In this document: in pieces, positions 40,083-50,892 of the stretch | Numbering within the stretch: the stretch's first letter is position 1 | How the letters are laid out: every line of letters begins with the position of its first letter | Assembly (NCBI GenBank): GCA_963713865.1 | Contig: OY970208.1 | Coordinates: 2,400,001-2,464,000 of the forward strand | DNA length: 64,000 nt | Source: an uncultured candidate division Zixibacteria bacterium | Lineage (GTDB): Bacteria; Zixibacteria; MSB-5A5; RBG-16-43-9 | Direction of reading: 5' to 3' | Made by a program: the position numbers and the translations under genes | The notes under the pieces: generated by a model | The model's input: only the letters and a program-made list of their open reading frames with translations | Database searches by the model: none | What the model was told of the DNA's origin: nothing

Positions 40083-41243
40083 TTATTCAAAACAGTAGAG
40101 ATAGCCGTCCATAGAGGGGATCAGTATCTTTCCTTTAGAAAAAGAGGGCGAGGCATAGATCATCCCTCCGGTCTTATATTTAAAAACCATCTCACCAGTT
40201 GAGCTGTTCACTCCGTAAAAATTACCATCCAGAGAGCCAAAGAAAATTTTATCACCGATTATCAAAGGCGAAGAGTGGATTGGACCATCAGTCACAAAGC
40301 TCCAGACCAGTTCTCCGCTTTTTGAGGACAGGGCATAAAGATGACCATCATTCGAGCCAAAATAAATCCTCTCTTTATCCAGGGACGCTGAAGAATGAAT
40401 ACTCCCTCTGGTTTTGAATTTCCAGAGAAGCTCCCCGTTAGATCTATCTAAGGCATAAAAGTAACCGTCCGCAGAACCTAAGTAGAGAGCCTTTTCCTCG
40501 ATACTGGGTGAGGCAAAAATTGCCCCTTCAGTCTCATAACTCCAGATTTTCTTCCCTGAATCAATTTCCAGAGAATAGACTTTGCCATCTCCTGATCCAA
40601 AGTATAAAGCTTCCCCTGAAAAAGTTGCGGCAGAATAGGTAAAATCACCAGCCCGATATTTCCAGAATTCCTCTCCATTAATTTTATTCAACGATAGAAA
40701 TTCCCCCCCCTCTGTGGCTACGAAAAGCCCTCCTTTTATTATCATCGGTGAGGAGCTTATATCTCTTAATCTTTTCTTCCAGACCAGAACACCACTTTTT
40801 AAGCTCAGGGCAAAAAGATTTGAATTCTCCTTCCCCCCGTTAAAATAGAGGATACTTTCATCTGCACAGGGGGTAATAGATAGTGGAAAATCCAGGGAAT
40901 AAGAGCCTGACTTTTCACCGGTGTTAAAATCTAAAAAGACTAACCTCTGCTCTAAAGTCCCGATGATTATCATCTCCTCTAAGATCAAAGGAGTTGAGTA
41001 GCTTGGTCCGACCTTCTTCTTCCAGAGAAGTTTTAATGGCAGATTTATATTAGAATTTTGAATTGCTTGGTTAATCCGGTCATATCTGAAGCTTCTCCAA
41101 TCTGAATCTTTTTCCTTGAAATCCACTCGTGGGAATTTTAAACTTGAGGCACAACCCCAAAAAAGGAAAATAAAAATGACGAATACTCTTTTAATAACTT
41201 TCATTCCGAAAAGGGATTTACCTAACCAGAGATTAAACCCCAT
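40083..41243 (-). CDS. PQQ-like beta-propeller lipoprotein (BamB-like)
   Basis: Possible lipobox FWGC; repeated SP....LYFGS.DG..YAL...G...W blades. Confidence 0.85.
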   Translation of the reverse strand: MGFNLWLGKSLFGMKVIKRVFVIFIFLFWGCASSLKFPRVDFKEKDSDWRSFRYDRINQAIQNSNINLPLKLLWKKKVGPSYSTPLILEEMIIIGTLEQRLVFLDFNTGEKSGSYSLDFPLSITPCADESILYFNGGKENSNLFALSLKSGVLVWKKRLRDISSSPMIIKGGLFVATEGGEFLSLNKINGEEFWKYRAGDFTYSAATFSGEALYFGSGDGKVYSLEIDSGKKIWSYETEGAIFASPSIEEKALYLGSADGYFYALDRSNGELLWKFKTRGSIHSSASLDKERIYFGSNDGHLYALSSKSGELVWSFVTDGPIHSSPLIIGDKIFFGSLDGNFYGVNSSTGEMVFKYKTGGMIYASPSFSKGKILIPSMDGYLYCFE

Positions 41244-41258
41244 TCTTTCTGCCTTTAT

Positions 41259-44042
41259 CTAAAAGTTCCAGCCAAAAAAGAAATTGAACACCGTTTCCCT
41301 CGAAACCGATTTGAAATCTGTTTTCTTGGCGAAATCAAATCTCAAAACTATCACATATCCAAAGCTGATCCGGAATCCAGTCCCAAAACTGCCATATAAT
41401 TGATCAAAATGGTCTTCCCAGGCATTCCCGGCATCGAAAAAGAATGCCCCACGGATAGCCTCAAAACCTATTTTGCCAAAGGGGAAGCCGATTATCAGAT
41501 TGTCGATCAGGGGAAAACGTAGTTCGTTATTTATCAAGATAAGTCTTTTCCCGTAAAAAGCTTTGCGATCATAACCTCTCAGACTCCAGCTCCCGCCTAA
41601 ATGTAACCTCTGAGGCTCAGTGCCTGAAGAGGAAAAACCCGTTAACCTTAGGGCAAAACAACTGTTCTTCCCCAGCCGCAGATATTTTCTAAAATCAGCT
41701 AAAATAAGTCGATTGTAAACCTGCAGCTTATCCCAGCTCAGGGTAAGCCCGAGAGTAAGATTAAACCTGATTCCATCTATAGGACCGGTCAGATCCCATA
41801 AACTGGTATCTTTGATCCAGGAGAAGTAATTGGTGGAAAGCAGCACATTCCTTTTCCTTCCAAAAACATAAAAATCCTTATCCGACTGCCTTAGGAAGAA
41901 ACTGGATTCTATCCGCTGAAACTTGGAGATTGGATAGTTGGCAAAGAAAAGTCCTCCATATTGTCTTTCCTTGAAGAAGCCATAATAATCATCATAATAT
42001 TCATCATAAAGATGATAGATCCCGAATCCATAGTTAAGCCTTTGGGTTCGATTCAAATAGGTCACGCCAAAGTTAAAGCTGGAAAAAAACTCGGATTTGG
42101 TCCTGGCGGTATTGCTCAAAAGGAAAAAATACTGATGGTTACCTAACATATCGGTCAGGGCTAACTGCAGACCACCTACCGTCCCGTAGACTGCATCATA
42201 GGATATGGCTGACTGGGCTATGTCAAATGAATAATCGTTCTCATATTTAACCACACCCCTGGTATGTTCTCCGGAGATTTTCTCCGGAGCCCAGCTTGAT
42301 TTCAGGCTATCTTTCTCCTGTCCCAAAAACTCAACCAAAGAATCATTCAGGGAAAATTTATAGATATGGAAATTGTAATCCCGATAACCGGAGAAATAAA
42401 GTTCTTTTCCTTCGCCGCTCGCGTCCGGATCAAAACCTCCGGTTAAGAACCGGGTCAACTTTTTTATCCCGGACGAATCCAGAGAATAAAGATTAAAAGC
42501 GCCTTCCCGATCCGAAGTGAAAAAAAGCTTGTCTTCATTTTTTGAGAAAGTGGGATTTAAATCATGCGCTCTGGCAGAGGTGAGCTGTTTAATTTCTCCA
42601 GTTGATACCTCAATCGAAAAAAGGTTTTGAAAACCTTCTTGTCCATAAAAGGTCCGATCCGATGAGAAAACTATGGTTTTACCATCTTTAGACCAGGTCG
42701 GATCCTTTTCCTTATATATATCCTTGGTTAAACGAACCAGTGAGTCTGCGAGCAGATAATATAAATAAAGATCAGTATATCCATTCTTATCTACTCCGCT
42801 GAATGCTATCTTCACATTGTCCTCAGACCAGGCGGGTGAAGATAAACTGATGAGAGTATCAAATCTCTTGCGCTGGACGATCTTCATCTGCTTTAAATCA
42901 TATATATACAATAAATCTTTTTCCTTACTCTTGGAGATAAAAACAATCCTGCTGTCTTGTGAACCATCCACCTTACTCTCTAAAAAATGCAAAGACTCAA
43001 ACTGGGGAGACCTCTCCCCCTTTACCAGGGTAAACAGCTTTTCCTTCTCCCCCCGGGGTGACATAAGATATAAGCTGGAATAACCTAATTTATTAGATTT
43101 AAATACCACCCAGTCCTCAACCTTACCCTTGTACCGGTATGGAACTAAAGTCGGTTTGACACTGAAGTCATCAAAGGTCAATTGAGTAGCCACCCTATCC
43201 GGCAAGTCTCCTGAGGAGATCTCCGGAAAATATTTTTTCTTCAGATGATATTCCCACTCATCTCCCAGCTCTTTCAGGCTTTTATGGAAAATCAATCCCA
43301 CTACTTCTGAAAAATTCCCCCCCCTCCAGTAATCGTCAAAAACAAGGGTAAGCCGGTCATCTCCGTATTTCTCCTCTAAAAATCTGCAGAAAGATTCTCC
43401 CTCCTTGTACATCAGGTAAGATCCAGCTAGCTCTCCCATATGCTCGATCTTCACCAGCCTTCCGGAGATAACCAGGTCTTTGATTATCATCTCTGCTTCG
43501 GAATCGACCTTTCCGGACCAGTGTTCGGCTAACCCTTCTTGAAACCAGAGAGGCGGTTCTACATAATTGTAGATGCGGTGAAGCTTCATCACGAAATAGA
43601 GCTTTTCAAAGGTGAATACATGCACCAGCTCGTGCTGAATGGTATGCTTAAAAGAAGAATATGACCCGTCAAAAGGGATCACCATTCGTCCCTTGAAAAA
43701 CTCGGTAAACCCGGCTACGTTTTCCGGCAGCAGGTTTGGGATCACATTCGTCTGTTCGAAATAGTTAGGCGAGCTGTAGATGATTAAAGGGATTTTCTTG
43801 TTGATATGATAATTGAACTTGTCTTGAAGGAGGTTATAACCGTCCTCTGCTATCTTGGCCGCAATCTCGGCGATCTCCTTTTCCTCTACGTAAAAATAAA
43901 CATTGAAATGCTCGGTGGTCAGAACCTCCCACTCAAAGCGGGTATATTGTACTTTATTTTTCCCAAAGTAATATTGAGAAAACCCCCGCAGGGGTAAAAA
44001 TAGCAAAAAAATAAATATGGCCCCGAAAAAGTATTTACTCAT
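41259..44042 (-). CDS. Fusion of Zn-peptidase-like domain, PD40/TolB-like propeller and Omp85-like C-terminal barrel
   Basis: HELVH..PLWFQEGLAE; PAWS/PTWS repeats; LGGSWSLRGY, ELRFP, FFDAG.AW, terminal GWNF. Confidence 0.85.
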   Translation of the reverse strand: MSKYFFGAIFIFLLFLPLRGFSQYYFGKNKVQYTRFEWEVLTTEHFNVYFYVEEKEIAEIAAKIAEDGYNLLQDKFNYHINKKIPLIIYSSPNYFEQTNVIPNLLPENVAGFTEFFKGRMVIPFDGSYSSFKHTIQHELVHVFTFEKLYFVMKLHRIYNYVEPPLWFQEGLAEHWSGKVDSEAEMIIKDLVISGRLVKIEHMGELAGSYLMYKEGESFCRFLEEKYGDDRLTLVFDDYWRGGNFSEVVGLIFHKSLKELGDEWEYHLKKKYFPEISSGDLPDRVATQLTFDDFSVKPTLVPYRYKGKVEDWVVFKSNKLGYSSLYLMSPRGEKEKLFTLVKGERSPQFESLHFLESKVDGSQDSRIVFISKSKEKDLLYIYDLKQMKIVQRKRFDTLISLSSPAWSEDNVKIAFSGVDKNGYTDLYLYYLLADSLVRLTKDIYKEKDPTWSKDGKTIVFSSDRTFYGQEGFQNLFSIEVSTGEIKQLTSARAHDLNPTFSKNEDKLFFTSDREGAFNLYSLDSSGIKKLTRFLTGGFDPDASGEGKELYFSGYRDYNFHIYKFSLNDSLVEFLGQEKDSLKSSWAPEKISGEHTRGVVKYENDYSFDIAQSAISYDAVYGTVGGLQLALTDMLGNHQYFFLLSNTARTKSEFFSSFNFGVTYLNRTQRLNYGFGIYHLYDEYYDDYYGFFKERQYGGLFFANYPISKFQRIESSFFLRQSDKDFYVFGRKRNVLLSTNYFSWIKDTSLWDLTGPIDGIRFNLTLGLTLSWDKLQVYNRLILADFRKYLRLGKNSCFALRLTGFSSSGTEPQRLHLGGSWSLRGYDRKAFYGKRLILINNELRFPLIDNLIIGFPFGKIGFEAIRGAFFFDAGNAWEDHFDQLYGSFGTGFRISFGYVIVLRFDFAKKTDFKSVSRETVFNFFFGWNF

Positions 44043-44065
44043 CTAACTTGTCAGAATCTGAGTTT

Positions 44066-46339
44066 TCAAAGTTTGGAATTGTTGATTTCCTTATCTTTAA
44101 AAGATAGGACCTTTTGAGCTTTTTCCGTCACCTCATCCCGACTCCATCTCCCTAAAATACCTTTTCTCCTTTTTCGCACAAACTCTTTTAAAACCTGAAA
44201 ACACTCTTCGTCTCCGATTTTATCTAATAGACCTAAGGCGCTTATCTGAAGCTCTTCTTTTTCCTTTTTGGAAATATTCGCTGGAATAAACTTTTCGTCC
44301 GTAGCTACCTTCAGGATAAAATCCCTGGATTCTTTCTCGTCTAAATTTACCACCGTGGTAAGTATTTTCTTCCGGTCTAAGGAATCGGCATAAAAAGCTC
44401 TCTTCAGCTCGGTAATGAGATTTTTATCTTTAGTGAGAGAGAGCAGGTTCAAGGCTTTTTTGCGAACTTCCTCTTCCTTGTCCTTAAGTAGCTCAAGGAA
44501 AACTTGATTTATTTTCTCATCCTTCTTCTTCTCTAACCCTTTTAAGATTTCCAGTCTCACCCGTGGGTCCGGATCTTTTGCAAAGTCTGTTAAAATATCT
44601 ATAGCTTTTTTGCTTTCGATATTTCCCAAAACGAATAGCGCATTCCTCACCTTATACCAGGACTCATCTTCCAGGATATTGGTATCTTTACTCCTTTTGA
44701 AGTTCTCTTTATAAGATAGGAAACCCAAAATGGTTTCAACTGAATTCTCTCCCAGGTCGCTTAAAACCCGTAGGGCCCATAGACGAATACTGCGCTGTTC
44801 TACCGTAAATATCTCTATAAGTTTCTGAGCAACTTTGTTTAGCTCTAAATTCTTCAAAAACTCCTCTATCTCTTTTCCTTTCTGCGTATGAAAATCGGTG
44901 AAAAGCGGCTGGATCAGAAGATCCAGATTCTCTCTGGAAGAAACCTGATTCATAAAATCATCTTTTAATCTCTGGATTTCGGGCATTTTTTGCTCAGCCT
45001 GGGTTTTGCTGTGAATTTTCTCCATAATCCTTTTCAGCTCATTCAGATTTCCAATCTTTGACAAATGAGTATAGATTGGCAATAACAGCTCAAAATATCC
45101 ACGATAAAACCTTATGGAGACTAATTGGTTATCAAACTGTCCTTCCAGTCTTTCCCTTATATATACGAAATCCTTCTCTTTTTCTTCGGAGATTGATATT
45201 TCAATCATCTTTTTAAGAGCTAAAACCGAATCGCGCCTGAGCTTTTCATCCGGAGAATCAAGTTTTTCCAGCAGGGAATCGATTATTCTCTGCTTGAGCT
45301 TTTCATCTGGATAATCAGCTATCGTCTTAATCCTCTCCTCCAGACCTTCCTCTTCTATTCTGCCTTTCTCTAATTCTTCAAAAAACTCTATAGTTTGAGA
45401 TATTACCTCCTCTTTTCTCTGAAAAGTCCCGTCGATCAAAAGATCAAAATATTTCTCATCGATTATCCCGTAACCGGACAGGAGTTCCTTAAGTCTGGGT
45501 AAAAGCCTCTGTTTGTCCCGTTTCTCTAAAACTTTTTTAACCATCTCCAGCGCTTCCTGGGAAGGGCTTTTTTGTTGAGAAACATCCTTCAAGCCCTGCT
45601 TTATACTGTAGGTCAGAAGAGATAGTATCTCGTCGTCCGATAGATTATTGACCTCGTTCTTGAGATTCTCCAGCATCTGTTTGATGTCTACCCCTCCTTC
45701 ACCTGCTCCCCCTCCCCCCGTTCCAGAAGCTACTCCCTCAATTCCGGGATAAAAGGAGATACCTGCGGCTTTAAACGCCGTTTGAAGTCTTTCCTTCTTG
45801 ATCGATTTACCTAAGATGAGATCTTTCAACAGGTCAGGATAAGCGCGGATGATCTTCGAGATTTCAGATTTCAGGCTCACATTTTCTATCTGTTCCGCCT
45901 TAACCACCTTTTCATCCTCTAATACCACCTCATACCGCTTTCGATTCAGTTTTATATGTGAGATATTACTTTTTTGAAAATAAGAGTTCAGATCCTCTTC
46001 TTCCTTTTTAAGAAAGAACTCTAAAAATAACCTCATCTCTTTTTCAGTTAAACCCTGAGTGAAGCTGATGCTTTTGATCTTCTGCTTTTCCAGCGTGTTC
46101 CAGACCAATTCGGAGACGGCGTTGGCTTCCAGGCTTTCCTCCTCCAATACCAGTTTATTTTCAACCCGGCCCAGGGTGATCTCCCCTTTGGTTTTGAAAA
46201 ACTCCTGAAACAGTTTAAAGGTTTTCTGCAGGGCAGCTTTTACCGCCGGATGTTCTGAAGGATAAATACTCAACCTTCTGATAGTCGAGTCGAATTCCTT
46301 CAGAAAACTTATGTATGAAGAATTTTTAGAAACCTGCAT
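44066..46339 (-). CDS. HEAT-repeat protein
   Basis: IYPSEHP N-terminal motif; HEAT repeats (KDPDPRVRLE, LKDKEEEVRKKA). Confidence 0.8.
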   Translation of the reverse strand: MQVSKNSSYISFLKEFDSTIRRLSIYPSEHPAVKAALQKTFKLFQEFFKTKGEITLGRVENKLVLEEESLEANAVSELVWNTLEKQKIKSISFTQGLTEKEMRLFLEFFLKKEEEDLNSYFQKSNISHIKLNRKRYEVVLEDEKVVKAEQIENVSLKSEISKIIRAYPDLLKDLILGKSIKKERLQTAFKAAGISFYPGIEGVASGTGGGGAGEGGVDIKQMLENLKNEVNNLSDDEILSLLTYSIKQGLKDVSQQKSPSQEALEMVKKVLEKRDKQRLLPRLKELLSGYGIIDEKYFDLLIDGTFQRKEEVISQTIEFFEELEKGRIEEEGLEERIKTIADYPDEKLKQRIIDSLLEKLDSPDEKLRRDSVLALKKMIEISISEEKEKDFVYIRERLEGQFDNQLVSIRFYRGYFELLLPIYTHLSKIGNLNELKRIMEKIHSKTQAEQKMPEIQRLKDDFMNQVSSRENLDLLIQPLFTDFHTQKGKEIEEFLKNLELNKVAQKLIEIFTVEQRSIRLWALRVLSDLGENSVETILGFLSYKENFKRSKDTNILEDESWYKVRNALFVLGNIESKKAIDILTDFAKDPDPRVRLEILKGLEKKKDEKINQVFLELLKDKEEEVRKKALNLLSLTKDKNLITELKRAFYADSLDRKKILTTVVNLDEKESRDFILKVATDEKFIPANISKKEKEELQISALGLLDKIGDEECFQVLKEFVRKRRKGILGRWSRDEVTEKAQKVLSFKDKEINNSKL

Positions 46340-46670
46340 AGGTATAATCCATGCCTTATTTTAACCCTATATCAATTAATCGACATCTTAGGATAACTCT
46401 TTATTTGGATAGTTGGAGAGAAATCATCGTTTTAAACCCCTGCGGACAGAAATATTTTTAGAGATCATAGTCAAACGATTTAGCACCAACGGCAGGAAAG
46501 CAGTAAGATTTCCCTTTACCTTCCTGAGGAAAGGGTTAGGGAGAGGTTTCTAAATAGTATAGCTTCCTTCCTCCTGCTGGATGCTATCATGCGGCAAAGG
46601 AACAGTCGGATGAAAACATCCGCTTATGAACAGGACATCCTGCGGGAGCAAGAAATCTCAAACAATTTTG

Positions 46671-46973
46671 CTATTCCCAGCCGCTGAAAGGAGGATATTT
46701 ATCCACCATACAAAGCCAGTAAGCTTGAACCCGGTTGACATATCTCTGGTACCTTACCAGGTAATCAAAGGATTTTTTGGGGTAATTGCTGGTGAAGAGG
46801 ATAGATAAGCCACTATAGATAATCACAAAAAACGCAGCGATACCGTAAAGCCCCATAAAAATCCCGTGAGGAATCCCGATATAGAGCCAGCCCAAAAAGA
46901 AACGGGCTAAGACCAGCCAGGGATTAGATTTCTCCGGATAGGTCACATCATATTTAACCGGATATTCAGGCAT
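46671..46973 (-). CDS. Small membrane protein, DUF4389-like
   Basis: IPH..YP..FDY..RY..RVQAY..DKYPPFS pattern. Confidence 0.75.
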   Translation of the reverse strand: MPEYPVKYDVTYPEKSNPWLVLARFFLGWLYIGIPHGIFMGLYGIAAFFVIIYSGLSILFTSNYPKKSFDYLVRYQRYVNRVQAYWLCMVDKYPPFSGWE

Positions 46974-47127
46974 CTTTAACCTCCCGTGTTAAAGTTTATG
47001 ATTATTTACCGTTTTAAAAAAACGGTAGAACAGACATTCTTGTCTGTTCTTTACAGTCAGACAGGAATGTCTGACCTACCAATAATTTCTCACCTGAACA
47101 GAAGTAAAACATATCTCTTCAAATTTA

Positions 47128-47502
47128 TTATGGCTTAATCTTATACATAATCACCCAGGTATTAGAATCGTATTTCCATGAGGTATCAGCTACGCTTTTG
47201 AGTCTAAACAGTCGATACAAATCCGCATTTCGGAAAAAATTAATGGAATCAACCTCATGGAAATTTATCCTGATCCAGTAATCCCTCTTGGTAATCTCCC
47301 GTTAGAAGGAACTATTCCTGGAAATATCAAATATATCCGACAAGAAGATGCTCGGATGAGAATAAATATAATCCTCTATCGCATCTACCTCTGTATAACT
47401 CTTATAAGTAGGTTTTTTACACATTAAAGCAAAAAGAGAAAATAAAACCAAGAGAATCAAGACTTGCAACCCAAATTTAAACATTTTTCCTTGCATATCC
47501 AA
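47128..47502 (-). pseudogene. Degenerate lipoprotein-like gene with an in-frame TAA
   Basis: Signal peptide plus Cys; frame continues 57 codons past the TAA at 47302-47304. Confidence 0.5.
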
Positions 47503-47933
47503 CCTCTATCAATTTAAATATACGAACTTATATCTTAAAACCAAATAAAAAAAGCTGAAGCAGACAAATCAATAGAGTCATAGGCACAAGGCTCCTTACC
47601 TGCGCAACTCTTTTTCGTAGTTCGAGACATCAGCCTCGCTCATGCAACCGTTAATCCCACCTTGTCCAAAGGTGGGGTGATCTTCTCCATCTCCTTTCAG
47701 GAGAGGGTCAGGTTGAAAATCCCGTCAAGGGCGGGGTTGAGGTCTTTTTTCGTAGCGTTGTCACTCCTGTGACAACGAAGAAACTGGAAATCCCACTTTG
47801 CCCCCAAGGTAGGATGATTAAAAAAAGTAGAGTCGCATGGCGATGCGTCTCTACAAAAAACACCCGGAACAAAAATTTGGATAATCTTGACCTGAATACT
47901 AATATATCTACAGATTTCATCCCGGTTTAATTC

Positions 47934-47962
47934 TTGACATTTTCCCATCTTGAGACTATATT
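47934..47962 (+). promoter_or_regulatory. Sigma-70-type promoter
   Basis: TTGACA-17 bp-TATATT. Confidence 0.6.
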
Positions 47963-47987
47963 TGAAAAAATTTTAAGTGGCTTGATT

Positions 47988-48719
47988 ATGCTAAAAGATA
48001 AAATTATAAATGAACTGAAAAAAATACTGAGCGGGGATGGATTAAAGACTGAACCGGGCAGAACTTATGCTGTACCTGAAAAGGTGAGTACCATCCCTCA
48101 ACTTGTTAAATTAGCCCTTCAGGAAAAATTCAAAATTCTCCCCCTGGGAAACGAATCTAAAATCAGCCTGTCTGAATATTCTGGAGACCAAACTCTTTTT
48201 TTAAAATTAAACCGGCTCTCCAGCCTAAAAAAGGTAGTACCGGAAGACCTTTTTGTGATGGTAGAGCCTGGATTTAACTTAAAAGATTTGAATCCCCAGC
48301 TTTCAAATTATAATCTTTTTTACCCTTTTTCTCTGGATAAATCAGAAGGAACTATAGGTGGTTCTGTCGCCTGCGGGCTTACTGGGAAAGCTTTCCGAAA
48401 AGATATCAGCACCAGCGAGCTGGTTTTAGCCTTAGAGATTGTGGATTCTTCCGGGCAGATTTTAAAATTAGGGGCTGAGGTTTTCAAAAGCGTTACCGGA
48501 TATGATACTGCCAGACTCCTGGTCGGCTCCCGGGGAACTCTGGGAATAATCACCTCCATTTCTTTAAGAGTTTTCCCTTCAAATAGAAAAAAAGAGTTTG
48601 CAGACCTGAAATTATTACCGGCTATACCCTGGAAACTTAAAGGCGATAATTCAGCTAAAGCCATCCTCAACCAGAGAATAAAAAATATATTAGACCCGCA
48701 AGGGATTTTCGTAGAATAA
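47988..48719 (+). CDS. Short FAD-binding oxidoreductase (GlcD/GlcE-like)
   Basis: TIGGSVA, KSVTGYD..LLVGSRGTLGIIT, C-terminal LDPQGIF; ATG at 47988. Confidence 0.8.
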   Translation: MLKDKIINELKKILSGDGLKTEPGRTYAVPEKVSTIPQLVKLALQEKFKILPLGNESKISLSEYSGDQTLFLKLNRLSSLKKVVPEDLFVMVEPGFNLKDLNPQLSNYNLFYPFSLDKSEGTIGGSVACGLTGKAFRKDISTSELVLALEIVDSSGQILKLGAEVFKSVTGYDTARLLVGSRGTLGIITSISLRVFPSNRKKEFADLKLLPAIPWKLKGDNSAKAILNQRIKNILDPQGIFVE

Positions 48720-48734
48720 TCTTAAGGAGAGAAA

Positions 48735-49187
48735 ATGGAAAATAAAGCTTTTGAGGAGATTATCCTTTTTGCCATAAGAAAAGAAGTGGAAGCATCTACT
48801 CTTTATGGAATCTATTCTAACTTGGCGAAGAACCAGAATATCAAGAAGATGTTTCGAGACTTGAAAAATGAGGAGCTCAAACATAAAAAGATTCTGGAAG
48901 GGCTCAAAAAAGAAGACTTATCCCATTACCAGTTGAAAAAGATGCCGGATTTGAAAATAAGTAACTACTCTTTAGAAAAAGATTACTCTCCGGATATGAA
49001 CTACCAGGAAGCTTTATTGTTAGCTATCAAAAGGGAGGAAAAATCTGTCAAATTATACCAGGACCTGTCTAAAGGAGCAGCCGGATCGGAGCTCGAGAAA
49101 ATGTTCCAGGTCTTAGCTCAGGAAGAATCAAAACATAAACTCAAGCTGGAAACCGAATACGATCAGAACATATTGATTGAGGACTAA
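48735..49187 (+). CDS. Ferritin-like (rubrerythrin-family) di-iron protein
   Basis: Two AI..E..Y / EExxH helix pairs (EELKH, EESKH). Confidence 0.88.
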   Translation: MENKAFEEIILFAIRKEVEASTLYGIYSNLAKNQNIKKMFRDLKNEELKHKKILEGLKKEDLSHYQLKKMPDLKISNYSLEKDYSPDMNYQEALLLAIKREEKSVKLYQDLSKGAAGSELEKMFQVLAQEESKHKLKLETEYDQNILIED

Positions 49188-49192
49188 AAGTA

Positions 49193-50179
49193 ATGCCGGA
49201 GAAAAAAGATTTGATCCTGGATATCCTGTTAGGTGCTATCCAGAGGGAGATAAACGCCTATGATTTTTATTACAAGTCCAGCCAAAACTCCCCCTTTCCG
49301 GAGACCAGGTCTTTATTTCTGCAATTAGCCCGGGAGGAGAAAAAACACCGGGAGATTCTGGCCAGGGAATATCAGACCGTTAAAAGAATGCTTCTAAGAG
49401 ATGAGACCTCTCGGGTTTTTTTGGAAAAAGAAAAGGTCTCCTATTTTATCCCGGAAGAGATTATTTCTCGAAAAGTAAGAACTATTCCTGAGGTTGATCT
49501 ATCCTGTATTTCTTTGCCCACAGAATTCTTAGGTGGAGATTATTTCGAGACTTTAATCGTGGCTGACCCGGTAAAAAACGTAAATCATCTCGGTTTTTTG
49601 CTATATGATATCATGGGACACGGTCTTGAGCTGACAGCCTTTAAAGCCAGAATCAGAGAGAGATTTGAAAACCTTCAGGATCTCTGGTCTAAAGACAAAT
49701 CGATCCTCTCCCCGGCTTCAACCCTTACCCGCTTGGGAAAAGAGCTGTATCCGGATTGTCAAAAAGCCTCAAGTTTCATAGAGCTTTTTTATGCCCGGTA
49801 TGATCCCCTGGAGAAAAAGATTACCTATTCTTCAGCCGGTCACCCCCCGCCCATCCTTATTTCCAACCAGGGAAAAGAAGTAAAAGTATTGATCGATACC
49901 GACCTGGTTATGGGTATAGATCAGACCAAGGAGTATAGAGATAGCTATATGAAAGTTGAATCCGGTGATATTCTGATCTTGTACAGCGATGGGGTGGTGG
50001 AGGCATTCAATCCCGAAGAGGAATTCTTCGAAGAGAAAAGGCTGATCCAGACTGTTCAGGATAACTTCCAGCTTTCATCTATTGAGATTACCAATCGTAT
50101 ATGTAAATCGATTAAGGAATTTACCGGTGAAAGACCTTTAACAGATGAATTAACCATGGTCATTGCCAAGATAAAATAG
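49193..50179 (+). CDS. Half-ferritin-like domain fused to SpoIIE/PP2C phosphatase
   Basis: AIQREINAYDFY..EEKKH, then GGDYF, DIMGHG, SAGHPPP, YSDGVVEA, DELT. Confidence 0.85.
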   Translation: MPEKKDLILDILLGAIQREINAYDFYYKSSQNSPFPETRSLFLQLAREEKKHREILAREYQTVKRMLLRDETSRVFLEKEKVSYFIPEEIISRKVRTIPEVDLSCISLPTEFLGGDYFETLIVADPVKNVNHLGFLLYDIMGHGLELTAFKARIRERFENLQDLWSKDKSILSPASTLTRLGKELYPDCQKASSFIELFYARYDPLEKKITYSSAGHPPPILISNQGKEVKVLIDTDLVMGIDQTKEYRDSYMKVESGDILILYSDGVVEAFNPEEEFFEEKRLIQTVQDNFQLSSIEITNRICKSIKEFTGERPLTDELTMVIAKIK

Positions 50180-50201
50180 AACTTTAAATAAGGCAGAAAA
50201 A

Positions 50202-50729
50202 ATGAAAAATAGACCAAAGAAAATCTATCCGGAAGGATCTGATCAACTTCCAGCAGATGCAGAGGCATTAGAAGCCCTGGAAATAGCTATTTATAATGAA
50301 CAGTCTGCTCATGATTTTTACAAAAATTTAAGCGAGACCATTGAGAATCCCAGCGGCCAGGAAAGGTTTAAGTTTTTGTATTTAGACGAGAAAAGGCATC
50401 GATATCTTTTGGAGGAAAGATACCTCAAAGAATCTGGAGGAAAAAGTTTTCTCTTCAATCCGCAGAAAGTCAAAAAAGTTGAGCTGAAAATCAATGACCA
50501 GGCTTCTGCCAAGGAGGCTCTGGACATAGCCTTAGAAGCTGAGAGAGAAGCTTATAACTCCTATATGAAAGCGGCCTCGAAAGCTAAAGACCAGCAGGGC
50601 AAGAAGATGTTCGAGTCCTTAGCCTCGGAGGAAGATAAACATTATCAGATATTGATGTCCGAAAAACAGATCATCGAAGGCGGATTTTACTGGTTCAGCC
50701 TGGATAGCTCAGGATTTATGGAGGATTAA
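50202..50729 (+). CDS. Ferritin-like (rubrerythrin-family) di-iron protein
   Basis: DEKRH and EEDKH motifs. Confidence 0.85.
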   Translation: MKNRPKKIYPEGSDQLPADAEALEALEIAIYNEQSAHDFYKNLSETIENPSGQERFKFLYLDEKRHRYLLEERYLKESGGKSFLFNPQKVKKVELKINDQASAKEALDIALEAEREAYNSYMKAASKAKDQQGKKMFESLASEEDKHYQILMSEKQIIEGGFYWFSLDSSGFMED

Positions 50730-50892
50730 TCTTTGTTGTCGCTTGTTTCATCAAGCATTTGTGCCCGTCGGGTCCCCCGACCCGACGGGCTTAGAGCCAG
50801 CCAAGTCAGGGGACTTGACTGGCACAAAATATCGGACTGTCAGCCTGATTAGTGGATGACCATAATCAAGCGAAAATAAGGAGGGAAGAAAG

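Noticed and set aside
47302-47304. In-frame stops (here and at 32351) as recoding
   Set aside because: Both are TAA in visibly decayed genes, and TAA terminates many normal genes here; no support for Sec, Pyl or an alternative code
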